A stretch of DNA of 63,879 bases, filler included, from Octopus bimaculoides (taxonomy: Eukaryota), in assembly GCF_001194135.2 (NCBI RefSeq). It is 4 parts of 4 records of this genome, joined end to end, with 100 filler letters (N's around TTAATTAATTAA, not from the genome) between each part and the next. Parts side by side here need not be neighbours in the genome. Positions count along the whole stretch, not along the records: positions 21,371 to 49,177 come from NC_068999.1; 3 more parts are not named here. The stretch is one strand, 5' to 3'. Positions within the stretch are counted from its first letter, which is position 1; each line of letters begins with the position of its first letter. Made by a program: the position numbers and the translations under genes. The notes under the pieces were generated by a model. That model did not search any database. It was not told where the DNA came from and saw only the letters and a list, made by a program, of their open reading frames with translations. This document shows, one piece after another, positions 25,721 to 37,379 of this stretch.

Positions 25721-26870
25721 TCATCATCATCATTTAATGTCTGTTGTCCATGCTGGCATGGGTTGGATGGCTTAATCAGGGCTGGCAAGCTGGAAGGTTG
25801 ACCCAGACTCCAGTCTGATTTGGCATGGTTTCTATTGCTGGATGCCCTTCCAAAAGCCAACCACTCTAAGAGTGTAATGGGTGCCTTTATGTACCACCGG
25901 CATGGTTACCATTTGTGTGACTCTAGTACCTACCATGAATGCGATTTTACTTGGCTTGATGGGTCTTCTCAAGCACAACATAATGCTAAGGTCTAGGTCA
26001 TTCATAATTGCCTCTTTGAGGCTCAACACTCAAAAGGAGCTTTTCACATGCCACCAGCAATGGCCACTTTGTCTCCATGAAGCTCAATGCTCAAAAGGTG
26101 CTTTTTACGTGCCAGTTACGTTACCTGACACCAGCATCGGCCACAACTACGATTTCACTTGGCTTGACAGGTCTTTTCAAGCACAGCACACCGCCAAAGG
26201 TCTTGGTCAGTAGTCATTGCCTCTGTCAGGCTCAAAGTTTGAAGATCATACTTCACCACCACATCTCATGTCTTCCTGAGTCTACCTCTACCACAAGTTC
26301 CCTCCACAGTTAGAGATCAGCACTTCTTTACATAGCTGTCCTCGTCCATGTGCATCACATGACCATGCCAGTGCAGTCATCTCTCTTGCACACCACATCC
26401 AATGCCTCTTATGCCCAACATTTTCCTGAAGATGCTCACGCTGTTGTACATGCACATTAAGGTTGCGCATCCAGTGAAGCATACTGGTTTCATTTCTTTC
26501 AAGCCTATGTATGTCCTTGGGTATCACAGCCCATGTTTCACAGCTATGTAGCATAGATGTTTGCACACAGGCATCATACAATCTATCTTCCACTCTGAGG
26601 GAGAGATCCTTTGTTGCCAGCAGAGGTAGGAGATCTCTGAACTTTGCCCAGCCTATTCTTATTCCCACAGCTAAGCTCTTGGAGCATCCACCTCCACTAC
26701 TAACTTGGTCACCTAGATATTGAAAGCCATCTACTACCTCTGGCTTACCCCACTGGCAGTTGATGGAGTCTGCTTTCTGTACATTTTCGGTGTTTATTGT
26801 ACCTGTGCATCTTCCACACACAAAAGTTGTTTTTCCTTTAACCTTCCCCTGATATTGTTGCACCTCTTAT
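25721..26870 (-). mobile_element. RTE-clade LINE 3' fragment (ORF2 end, 3' UTR and (GAT)n tail)
   Basis: FQYLGDQVSSGGGC...RIGWAKFRDLLPLLATK.LSLRV..RLYDACV..SMLHSCETW. The 3' UTR contains GGATGCCCTTCC and the element ends in TCATCATCATCAT. Confidence 0.9.
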
Positions 26871-27699
26871 GTGTCTTTAGCTTATCATCATTTTTATAAC
26901 CTTCATCATTTTAAAGTGTACATTTCCATCCTCCATGGAGCAAACAGAATTTGTTGATGAGAATATTTCTACAGCTGGATGCCCTTCCTGTTGCCAACTC
27001 TCACCTGTTTCTAAGGTAATATTTCTGAGCTTGTCCAATCTCCTTCATATGTCTCTTCCCCACTTCTATCATTTCTCTCACAATTGCTCCCCCTTACTAT
27101 CATTCTATTTTTCCTTGCTACCTGGAATCATTTCACTTGTTAGCCGTTACCCACACACTAAATTGATCATCCTCCACTCTCCATTGAACTATCAAATTAT
27201 CTCTCTTCATACTCTGCACCTGCCTCTCTTCTCAACTGTATGTCCTCCCTCCCCACCCAGTGTCAACTGTATCACTATAACTATTATTATCATGTTGCAT
27301 CTCTTTCTCCTGCTCTCTTCTACATCCTTCAACCTTCCCCATCTCATGCATCAATGGTCATCTCCCCTTTATCTCTCCCTCTCTACATCCATCCTCCAAC
27401 CTTCTTCAATCTTTATAGCTGTTGCCTACTTCACCTTTCCCATTTTCTCATCTCCTGCTCCCTCATACACTCTTTGCAAACCATAACCCACACTCCCTTC
27501 TACTCACCTAATACCCCGAGGAGTAACCTGGACACCTCATCACCCCTATTTATCTCTTCACAGCTCCTACTGAGCATTCCCACCCTCTCTCCTAAATACC
27601 AAAGCCATGTTGCTCCTTTACGACAAAGACCTGCTTCTTATCCCTTTCTCTCATATCTTCGTATAAGGTTTTGTAGTTTTGTGAACTATATGGTGATTT

Positions 27700-27892
27700 C
27701 ACTAGTGCCAGTGGCATAGAAAAACACTTCGAACAAGCTGAAAAAGGGTTCATGTTAGGAAGGGCAGCCAGTAACAGAAACAATGCCAAAGCAGATTCTG
27801 GAGTACAATGCAGTCCTTGGACCCATTGGAGCTAATCAAACCATTCAATACATGCTAGCATAGAGCATGGACAGATGATGATAATGATGATG
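27700..27892 (+). mobile_element. RTE-type 3' tail fragment
   Basis: GTTAGGAAGGGCAGCCAG...CATGGACAGATGATGATAATGATGATG, the same tail in the opposite orientation. Confidence 0.55.
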
Positions 27893-28010
27893 TCCAGACA
27901 TGGTTTCACAAAAGACACCGCTTGCATGACAGTGACACTTGTTTACAATTATGATGTGAAGTCAAAAGGATAGCAACACACACACACACACTCATGCACA
28001 CACATATATA

Positions 28011-28312
28011 CAAAGGTTGGCTAAAAAGTTCATAGGCTGATACACTCCTTCCATTGGTGTTGCTGTGTATGGATATTATTTGTGAAGAAGCTTTTATCCT
28101 GTTAAACAAAATTGTCAACAGCAGATATGATGTCATCATCATTGTAATACTGCTTCCCAACCAAGTGATTTTTCATGCTGGAGAAACAGATAATAGCCAG
28201 ATGGGGCCAAATCAAGAGAATAGTGACAGTGATCAACCAGTTCAAAGCCACAGTCACACACAGCAGCCATTGAAACTAAGGAGTTGTATGCTGGAGCATT
28301 GTCCTGATGAAA
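28011..28312 (-). mobile_element. mariner 3' end with TIR
   Basis: FHQDNAPAYNSLVSMAAVCDCGFELVDHCHYSLDLAPSGYYLF (decayed HPPYSPDLAPSDY). TIR TA|CAAAGGTTGGCTAAAAAGTTCATAGGCTGA. Confidence 0.85.
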
Positions 28313-28369
28313 TATACATGTGTATGTATATATATATACATCTATATATATATATTTGTGCAGATGTAT

Positions 28370-28405
<36 letters not shown>

Positions 28406-28718
28406 GCTGAGACCCCCTTCGGTCATGACTGACCATGGGATTGCACCTAGGAAGTTACCCTTCCCAGGCACAAGTCTGGGCAAGGTTGTTTATGGAAGAC
28501 CAGCAGTTGCCCATGCATACCGGCCTCCCCTCTCCATGCCACCAGTATTATCCAGCTTGGCACCTGTGACATCGCTACACATTTCTACAGCTGAGTGAAC
28601 TGGAGCAACATGAAATAAAGTGTCTTGCTCAAGAACACAACATGCAGCCCGGTCCAGGATTTGAACTCACAACCTCATGATCATAAGCTCGATGCTCTAA
28701 CCACTGAGCCATGCGCCT
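28406..28718 (-). mobile_element. SINE family C, full length
   Basis: Colinear with 23375-23707 and 63048-63383. Confidence 0.85.
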
Positions 28719-28768
<50 letters not shown>

Positions 28769-28984
28769 NNNNNNNNNNNNNNNNNNNNNNNNNNNNNNNN
28801 NNNNNNNNNNNNNNNNNNNNNNNNNNNNNNNNNNNNNNNNNNNNNNNNNNNNNNNNNNNNNNNNNNNNNNNNNGGGAGAATGTACGAAAAAACAAACAAC
28901 AGACGAGGACAGGTGGTGTAAACAACAAAAGGATGTATTAGTATGACGCTCAGATATATGTATGCCTGTATATATGTGAGATAA

Positions 28985-29417
28985 TAGTTTCACTTTAATA
29001 ATTTCAGTATTAAAGTGAAAATATCTGACATTACAATAGAGAGATGTTATTGTTTCACTTTTGACACCTAATACTGCAATAGTGGAGGAGATGAGATATT
29101 GCACTGGGGTCGCACTAGGCAAGAAGTTAAAAAATTTTTTGGCCTAAAACACTACATGGGCCCTAAGTAAAATTTGAATGAAATTGGTTGTGTAGTTCTC
29201 AGGGATTCACACAGACAGACGGACGGACGGACGGACGGACGGACGGACGGACGGACGGACGGACGGACGGACGGACGGACGGACGGACGGNNNNNNNNNN
29301 NNNNNNNNNNNNNNNNNNNNNNNNNNNNNNNNNNNNNNNNNNNNNNNNNNNNNNNNNNNNNNNNNNNNNNNNNNNNNNNNNNNNNNNNNNNNNNNNNNNN
29401 NNNNNNNNNNNNNNNNN

Positions 29418-29471
<54 letters not shown>

Positions 29472-29494
29472 TCTCATCTTTATATATATATAGA
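28985..29494 (-). mobile_element. Non-autonomous Helitron 5' end with internal (GTCC)n/(GT)n
   Basis: Minus strand starts A|TCTATATATATATAAAGATGAGAATGTGTG...TGAATCCCTGAGAACTACACAACCAATTTCATTCAAATTT. A second copy lies at 49278-49595. Confidence 0.7.
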
Positions 29495-29764
29495 TTACAG
29501 CTTAGAAAGATACATGTCAGTTATTCAAAAGCACAAAAAACTGTAAACTCACTTAAACATTTATTTGGTGTTAAAATATTGTGATCTGATATGATTTCAC
29601 TGCAGCTGGTTTGAGGTGAGCCTTGTTGGCAGGTTATCTAAGCTTCAGGGCTATAATTTTTTGTTTATATAACTATTTTAGCTGAAGACCACACAGTGAG
29701 AAACTTGCAACAGCAAGTTGTGTCACAGTAAAATCTTTTTGCCTGTTTTAAACACTACTACTAC

Positions 29765-29765
<1 letters not shown>

Positions 29766-29796
<31 letters not shown>

Positions 29797-29863
29797 CTTC
29801 TTCTTCTTCTTCTTCTTCTTCTTCTTCTTCTTCTTCTTCTTCTTCTTCTTCTTCTTCTTCTTC
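29766..29863. repeat. (TTC)n microsatellite
   Basis: Seen directly. Confidence 0.95.
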
Positions 29864-31904
29864 AATACACCCTTAATTCATGGTTTCTTAGGTTAGCTCA
29901 ACTGCTGACTTTAGGAAGTATTAAATTGTCCTATTTCTTTCATTTCTACTCAAAACATCAACAATGGTTCCAGCAAGAAGATTTCTACCAATTCAAAGTA
30001 TTCCATTTTTACAAAGTCAAAATTGACCTTTGTGAACTTTGACATGGTGGTCTCCCTACCCTTAAGTGAAAGGCAGATCCATCAGCAAATTATTGTCATT
30101 TCCAATGTCTACACTTGGAAAACTACATGTTTTGGCAATGTTAACACATCTAAAGAGATATTCTTTGAGAAGAGATCTTTACCAACAAGCTACAGTAGAT
30201 CTTCAGTCTGAGAATCCTGTGCAAGAAATATTTGAAATGTTGCCAACACTTTTATCACATCTTTATAGATTTCAAATCTTCTACAAGAAATCATTTGTAA
30301 CCTTTATGGTCAACTACAAGGAGATACAAGACCAGTTTCATTGCTGCCTGAGTCTTTAAGCATCTTCATTGTGTGGCCAATGCATTTATCAACATTTGGT
30401 TTTGAATAATGCTTGGAATCCTACAAGGATATACTCTTTTGCCCACTTTTTTAAGATCCTCTGTAACATATGATTGAAATGCTAAACTCTTTTGAAGGAA
30501 CAGTCGGCATTGAAGCAAAATTGTTACTAACTTACTGCAGTCAGATGACTACAATTCAGCTTACTGGACATCAACTCAAGAACTTTTATGGCAGAGAATT
30601 GAACTGTAAAAACTTTGCAGTGCTAACAGTAGAATCAATAGAGAGTCATTTGAAGCAGTTTCTGTTGGATGCAGTTTCCTCAGATGAAGGATGAAAAGCA
30701 GAAGTCCTCATCTGAATAGAGCAGAAAACTTCAGCTAATCTTGTATGATAATTATATTATTTTGAGTTAAAGAGTGAATCTGATGTATGCACTTGTCCTG
30801 TCAATTTTCTTCTATGCTGGAAACAGTGAGGTGTGGATTCAGAGAAAAATCAAAGCAAAGCAAAACTACAGTATTATTGGAAGATCTTAAACATTTCCTA
30901 CAATAGACATGTTACATATGAAGAATACTGCTGAAAATCTATTGTCAAACAAAACAAAACAATAGAGAAGCTGTTGTCATACGGCCATAACACCAACTGA
31001 CCAAGACTTGTTAAAAGTGACCTGAAAGAATACCAGAGTGGAACCTCAATAACCTTCTTCAATCAGTTGTAATTATAAACCTATCTTTTAGTTGTAGGGT
31101 ATGTGGTGATGTATGATACACACATAATGTGATGATATGTGATACACATACACACTCAATGTGGTGATGTGTGATACACAACTATGATATACACAATTTG
31201 AAAATGCATAATCACATACCAGAGCAGTGTTTCAGATGGTATATTAGTCCAAGGCTGTGGATATCCAGTGAGCTTCTCCTTAAAAAAAAAAAAGGCACGA
31301 CAGCCTTTTGACTTTTGAGAAGGAATTCCCCAGATTTTGAAGTAGTTTCATTTTGCCTAGCAAAATTTCTCTTGTGTGTTATACACTTAAAATAATATGT
31401 ACGATACACACATACACAATGTAATGTGTGATAAATGTATACTTAATGTGGGATGCACAAAACACACGCACACACACTATCATCGTATATTCTTATAAAG
31501 TCAGTATTTAAGCCCAGATCTAGTATAAAACAGCTGAAAGATTAATTTCTCCCGGGATAAAATGCATCATATGTTAGTAACACTCTATATTGATATCTAT
31601 AGTCCATAAATGAGACATGAGGTAACAACTATTATGTACTAAGACACAATGTAACAATTACTAAGACACAATGTGTCAATTGCCATACACTACAGATGAA
31701 CTGTTGTATGACGTCAACTGTCAAACACTACAAATGAACTGATACATGAGGTATCCACTACCATGCACAATGAAACACCAGCAGACAATATGAACTCAGT
31801 TTCAATGAGATCATATTGTATCAACTTGTTATTTATTACTACTACCTCTTCCATTTCCACCTCTTATGACTAATATGCCAACCATCACTTCACCCCACCC
31901 CCAC

Positions 31905-31925
31905 CACTACTAGCACCAGCACCAG

Positions 31926-31992
<67 letters not shown>

Positions 31993-32020
31993 GTTGCTGC
32001 TGCTGCTGCTGCTGCTGCTA
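31905..32020. repeat. Compound (CAC/CAG)(CTA)n(CTG)n microsatellite
   Basis: Seen directly. Confidence 0.9.
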
Positions 32021-33329
32021 TGCAGGTATACTTTTAAATACACAGTAACTTCTCTGTGTGCATATGTTTACATATGTCATAAAAGTGTGCACTGTGAAAA
32101 GTCATCATAACTATCACCACAACCATCTCACCAATGACCAACACCACCGTGGCATCCATTAACCTTCACCCTACCATCATCAAATACCATAGATATTACT
32201 CAACCATAATTACAGGATTAATACCAAGTTTGTAGCGAGCATCCCTTTGTACCTTTTGAGGCTTTTCTCCTTCCTCCTTTTTATGTTACACTCTCCCCAA
32301 CCCTTCTTCCAATAACAGAGAACATTATTGAATTTCCTGATCACAGAGATATATAACATGCTGCAAGATATTGGAATGAGAAGGAATATGAGCTGCAAAC
32401 ACCCACCTTAGTCTTAGAAATGTTTTAAATGATTAACCAATATCAACAGTCTGCTTTCATTTTCCCTTCTCCATTTCACTACCACTTCCTCCTCTAGTTA
32501 TTGTCAATCATGCACTCTTTCATCACCAAGCAAAGTACTTATTACTTACTCCTATATAACCACAGACTATAATCTGTTTAACTCAGCAGTCTGTATGCAT
32601 GTGTGCAACATGAGCATGTGTCCTGGTTACATAAGCTACAAAAGGCTCACAGTCAATACCATAACAGATATGGCTATTCAGTTATTAAATTATCAAAATT
32701 GTATGTTAAGCTAGTTGTGCCAGAGGTTGTTAGCTTTTTCTGTCCATTCAGTCTGAAAGTAAATATTCTCATAGAGTCACACATTCAAGGATATGGTGGA
32801 ACTATTACAAATTCTCAATAGCAGATTGCTAGATTAATTACAGTTTTCAGATCAGATTTACTCATAACATTTCTTGTTGATCTCCACAAACCCTGCTCCA
32901 TACCATTTTCTGTTCCTACCCAAGTAAATAGAAATAAATCAACTCTTCTCATAGCAGAAACTTGGCATAATACTGATTTCTTATGAGGACACCACAGAGA
33001 AATTATATTATGTGATGTTTATATATTACATAAAATTATGATAAAATATTTTTCATATAAATATAAACTTATTGATGTAACAAAGTAGAAACAATTTAAT
33101 GCAATTCTGATTTAGAATGGCCATGTGGTCACAGGGTTCAAAACTAAGTGAATCATGTTNNNNNNNNNNNNNNNNNNNNNNNNNNNNNNNNAAAAAAAAA
33201 AGAACAAAAGAAAAAAACAATGAGTTCACCATGGTTAGAAGTGTAATAATATCTGGCAGATTGAATAAGGACAGTATCAAGACTGATTGATAAAAAAATT
33301 TTGATAACATGCAATATTGGACAGGTTGA

Positions 33330-34730
33330 TATGCATGTTAAAGGTGGAAGCAGAGTGGACATAGTTAAAGGTGATAGTATAGTGAGTAGAATAATGGAGA
33401 CTGTAACATGTACAGTAAGGATGACATTGTAGTTTGTACAGTAATGGTGGTAGGGTAGCATACAATATTGGAGGCAGTGTAATGTGTACAACATTAAAGT
33501 TGTCATGGTAGTTTCTGCAGAAATGGTGGCAGGTGTGTATAGTTGACATGACAGTGTAACATGTTGACGTGACAGCATAACAATGTCAATAGGGTGGCAG
33601 TGTAGCATGTATAGAAGAGCTAGCAGTGTAGAAAAATGGTGGAATATAATGAGTACAGTAAGAGTGATCGTATAATGAGTAAGGTAACTGTATAGTATGT
33701 ATAATAAAGGTGAGAGAGCATGCTATACACTAATAGAGGTAGTGCAGTGTTTACAACTGTTTGGTGGTTTAGTGAGTTCAGTAATGGTGGTTGGATAATG
33801 TGTGCATTGAAGATGGCAGAATGTAAAGTTATGGTGGTAGTATAGATTGTACAGCCTCATGATAATAAAATAGTGTCTACTGTAATAGTGATAGGGCAGT
33901 GTGAACTGTAATGTTGATGGTGTTGTTTGAAGTATGTGTGTGACATTGTAGTGTGACAGTGGATAGAGTACAGTTAACAGGAAGGATTACAATGAGGTAT
34001 GTACTGCAATAATGGCAGAGTAGTGTGTACAGTAATAATGAGAATGTATTGTGTACAATAATGGCAACAGTGGTAGTATAGTGTATATCATAGTTGTGGT
34101 AGTTTACAGGAATGTGTACAGGAATGGTGATCATGTAGTGCATATAATAAGGGTAAAGAAGGCAGTGTGTACAGTAATGATGGCAGTGTAGAGTGAATAT
34201 TATGATGGTGTATTTTGTATGCGGCACAGTGTGTACATTAAGAGTGCATAGTAAGGGGGATAAATGCAGTTACAGGATACAGTAGTAGTGAATGTTTATA
34301 GGATGACAGTGTTGTGTGTTTTTTGATAGTGACAGAATACTAGTTTTAAATTTTGGCTCAATGTACTTATCAACTCAACTGGTACTTTTTTAATTGACTA
34401 TGAAAGGATGAAGGGCAAAGTCGACCTCAGTGGAATGTAAAGACAAATGAAATGCCGCTAAGCAGTTTGCCCACTCTGCTAATGATTCGGCCAGCTCGCC
34501 ACCTTAATAGTGACAAAATATTGTGGAGTATGTCTAGTAATGGTACAAATACTTAGTGTGCATAAAGAGTGGCAGTGTTATGTACCAGGGTTGTACTAAT
34601 GTAGTTCATACAGGAGTGGTGACAGTAGAGTGTGTATTCAAATTGTCATAGTGTATTATGGTAGTGTATTGTGTACAGTAGAAGTAAAAGTGTAGTACAT
34701 ACAGTATATATAACTGTTAGAGTGTCATTT
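33330..34730. repeat. Decayed G/T-skewed satellite-like tract (TGTACAGTAAT/GTAGTG motifs), interrupted by a SINE B copy at 34345-34505
   Basis: Recurrent short motifs, strong strand skew and almost no CpG. Confidence 0.5.
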
Positions 34731-35629
34731 CATTTGTTTGGTTTTATGTCTATTTTTCCATGTTGGAATGAGTTAGTTGCAAGTTGTTGATGTTTTTCTA
34801 TGGCTAGATATTCTTCCTCTTGCCAACCAGTACCTGTTTTCCAAGCTAAGTATTTTCCTATTTCCCATTCCACTTGTCCTCATGTGTTGAACACTGTAGT
34901 GACGTCATCACGACAGCAGCAGCAGCAATTCCAGCGACTCCATCAACAGCTTCGTCCAGCCAAAATTACCACCGCCGTCGCCACATCAGCAACACGAGTC
35001 TACGACTACTACCAGCCTCATCGCCACCACAGTCAACACGACTTTAAGTACGAACGACAAGATTCGCCAATATCATCAACATGATTTCTATGTACACCAA
35101 TCCAAACCACCGCGGCACATCACTCTCTCTTTGATTCTGTTAGGTGTTTCATATTCACCACGATTAATAATAGACAAGAGAATTCAGCCAGCGACGAACT
35201 TCTGTATAACAAGAGCCCGGCCCGGCATCGAAGCCCCAACATCACAACAACTAGTGATCGCTCTGCCACACAAAGCCTCAACTTTTTTCACATACAGACT
35301 TTTCCAATTGTGTACTCAACAAACTGGTATAAATGCTCACGTGTTACTGACTCTTTCTATCTGCTGTAATATTTCGCATACACATACATGTATCACTCAC
35401 ACACACTCTTTTCTTTATACGACGGCCTGTCTTTTATTATGTTTTTATATGTCGCATTCACACTCATGATCAGCAGACCAGTTAAAATGTTCAGTACCAG
35501 GTAACAGGTCCCAACTAGCATCCGATGCTCAACTACAGCTCTGCTCACTGACTACAACTTCCTGCGTATTAACATTCATTTCTTTGATTTTTTTCTTTGT
35601 GTGTGTTTGTGCCATATCTTGTGGTTGGT

Positions 35630-35880
35630 TTCAGTGGCCATCTTGCCTCAGACGTCCCTCCAAAATTTCTATTTTCGTGCTCCCACACTCAAGGGGGAGC
35701 CATTGTAGTGACGTCATCTGGCGCCAAAATACAGTCGCCATTACTGCGTTTTCATCCATGCATGCGCAGGGAATAGTTCCGGAAGGAACACAGGAAGAGT
35801 CCCATGCGCATGCGTGGAATTCAACATCTAAACGTTCCCACTCAATTCATTCTCTTTCTCGGTCGGTCGGCCGGCCATGA
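35630..35880. promoter_or_regulatory. Candidate CpG-retaining core promoter with clustered housekeeping-type motifs
   Basis: GCCATCTTG (YY1-type, 35637-45), TGACGTCA (CRE, 35709-16), TGGCGCCAAAA (E2F-type, 35719-29), CATGCGCA (35761-68), TGCGCATGCG (NRF1-type, 35805-14), CCGGAAG (35779-85) and CAGGAAG (35791-97, ETS-type). All lie inside a local CpG-rich patch. Confidence 0.5.
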
Positions 35881-37379
35881 GCATGGTCGTATCAAGCTGT
35901 CTCTCCAACATTCCAACTCTGGGGACAGCTCATTCCAACATTCCAACGTCTCAGCAACCAGTTTAAGGCTGCCTATTTCCTACAAAAATAAATATTGTTG
36001 TGTTGATAGTTCAGAGTTCTGCGTTCCATTATTATTTAGAATTTAATATAGGAAAGCGGGTGTACACCTAATGGTGTATAACCACTTTCCTATAACTGTA
36101 ACTAAAGGAACTATGGTAACTTTTGTCACTTGGAGTGTTTAAAAAAGATTCCATTGTTTTTACTCGGGTAATATTAATGAGGACATGTGTAATGATATTC
36201 AAAAACATACTCACACATGACAGGTTTTATTTTTTAGTTTCAATCAGTTCAATACTCAAAGCACTGGTTGGCCTGAGGATATAATAGCAGTCACTTGCTT
36301 GAGCTACCACACACTTAGACTAATTGTAAGCATGTGGCCATGTCAGCAGCTTATAGATAGTAAGTATAACAGAAGGTATTAAGTGCAAACAGCAAAATAC
36401 CAGAAGTCATCAGAAAAGTGCTAATTGCTAGAAACAATAATATATCTCCTGAGAAATTTATTAAAGATCTGCAGTAAATGGAAAATAAACAGAAAAATAT
36501 ATTATAAGAGACTGTAGTTGTGTGGAAAGTATTAACATATGCTTGTTTTTGATTTTTGCTGAGAATTTCTCTTGTTTTTGATTGCCTCATTCATTCATCT
36601 ATCTAACCCACACGATTACTAACCTGTACTTTTGTAAACTGTAAACATTTATATTAATTCATCAAATAACTTCCAAATTGTAATCTCTCCCTCTAAAATA
36701 ATCCTTTCCTTATTTCTTCTTCTCCCTAGAGCAAAAACTGCCATCTTTGTCCATTTCCGGCTGTCGTAAATATAAGAGGCCTCCACACTTGTCCCTCCCA
36801 CTTCTCAGGCTTTCTTGCAGCTTATTCCATGTGTTTGGCTGTTTGATTGCACTTGAAAATATGCACAAAACTGTAAACATTTATATTAATTCATCAAATC
36901 ACTTCCAAATTGTAAACTCTCCCTCTAAAATAACCCTTTCCTTGTTTCTTGGCTACATATATATACATATTTTGTATTGCTTGCTAAAATGATTCCCTTT
37001 TGTCCGTGATTGTGCAGACCCTCTCCTGCCCCACCATCAATATTGGAAATCTCATTTCTCTTACCAGGCATCCCATTGCTCTTACCCTCTTTTGTACTGT
37101 TTGTCTCCTCTCTTACATTGGTAATCTCGCCACCCTCTCCTTTCTCTCCCCCTCTCTGGACTAACCAAACCAGATAGCAGCCCACTTACTTAATTTAACA
37201 TTGACATATTTATACTTCTACTACATTTATTTTTATATTTTTATTTTTATCTATATCTGCAGCACCAGTAATGTTTATATACACAATGCTCATAATGCTT
37301 ATATTTACAATGCCCTTTCATATACAATGCTTCCTTACTTCCAACCCTCAGTAGAGGCAACAACCTTAACAATTCTAAC

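Noticed and set aside
30160-30200. LVGKD on the minus strand as the Popeye GKDI motif
   Set aside because: An in-frame stop immediately precedes it, and the downstream residues do not match.
30960-31030. tattctttcAG|GTCACTTTT on the minus strand as the Popeye FQ|VT exon
   Set aside because: It continues VTFNKSWSVGVMAV*, with no resemblance to VTI.A...C.Y.CW, and stops after 14 codons.
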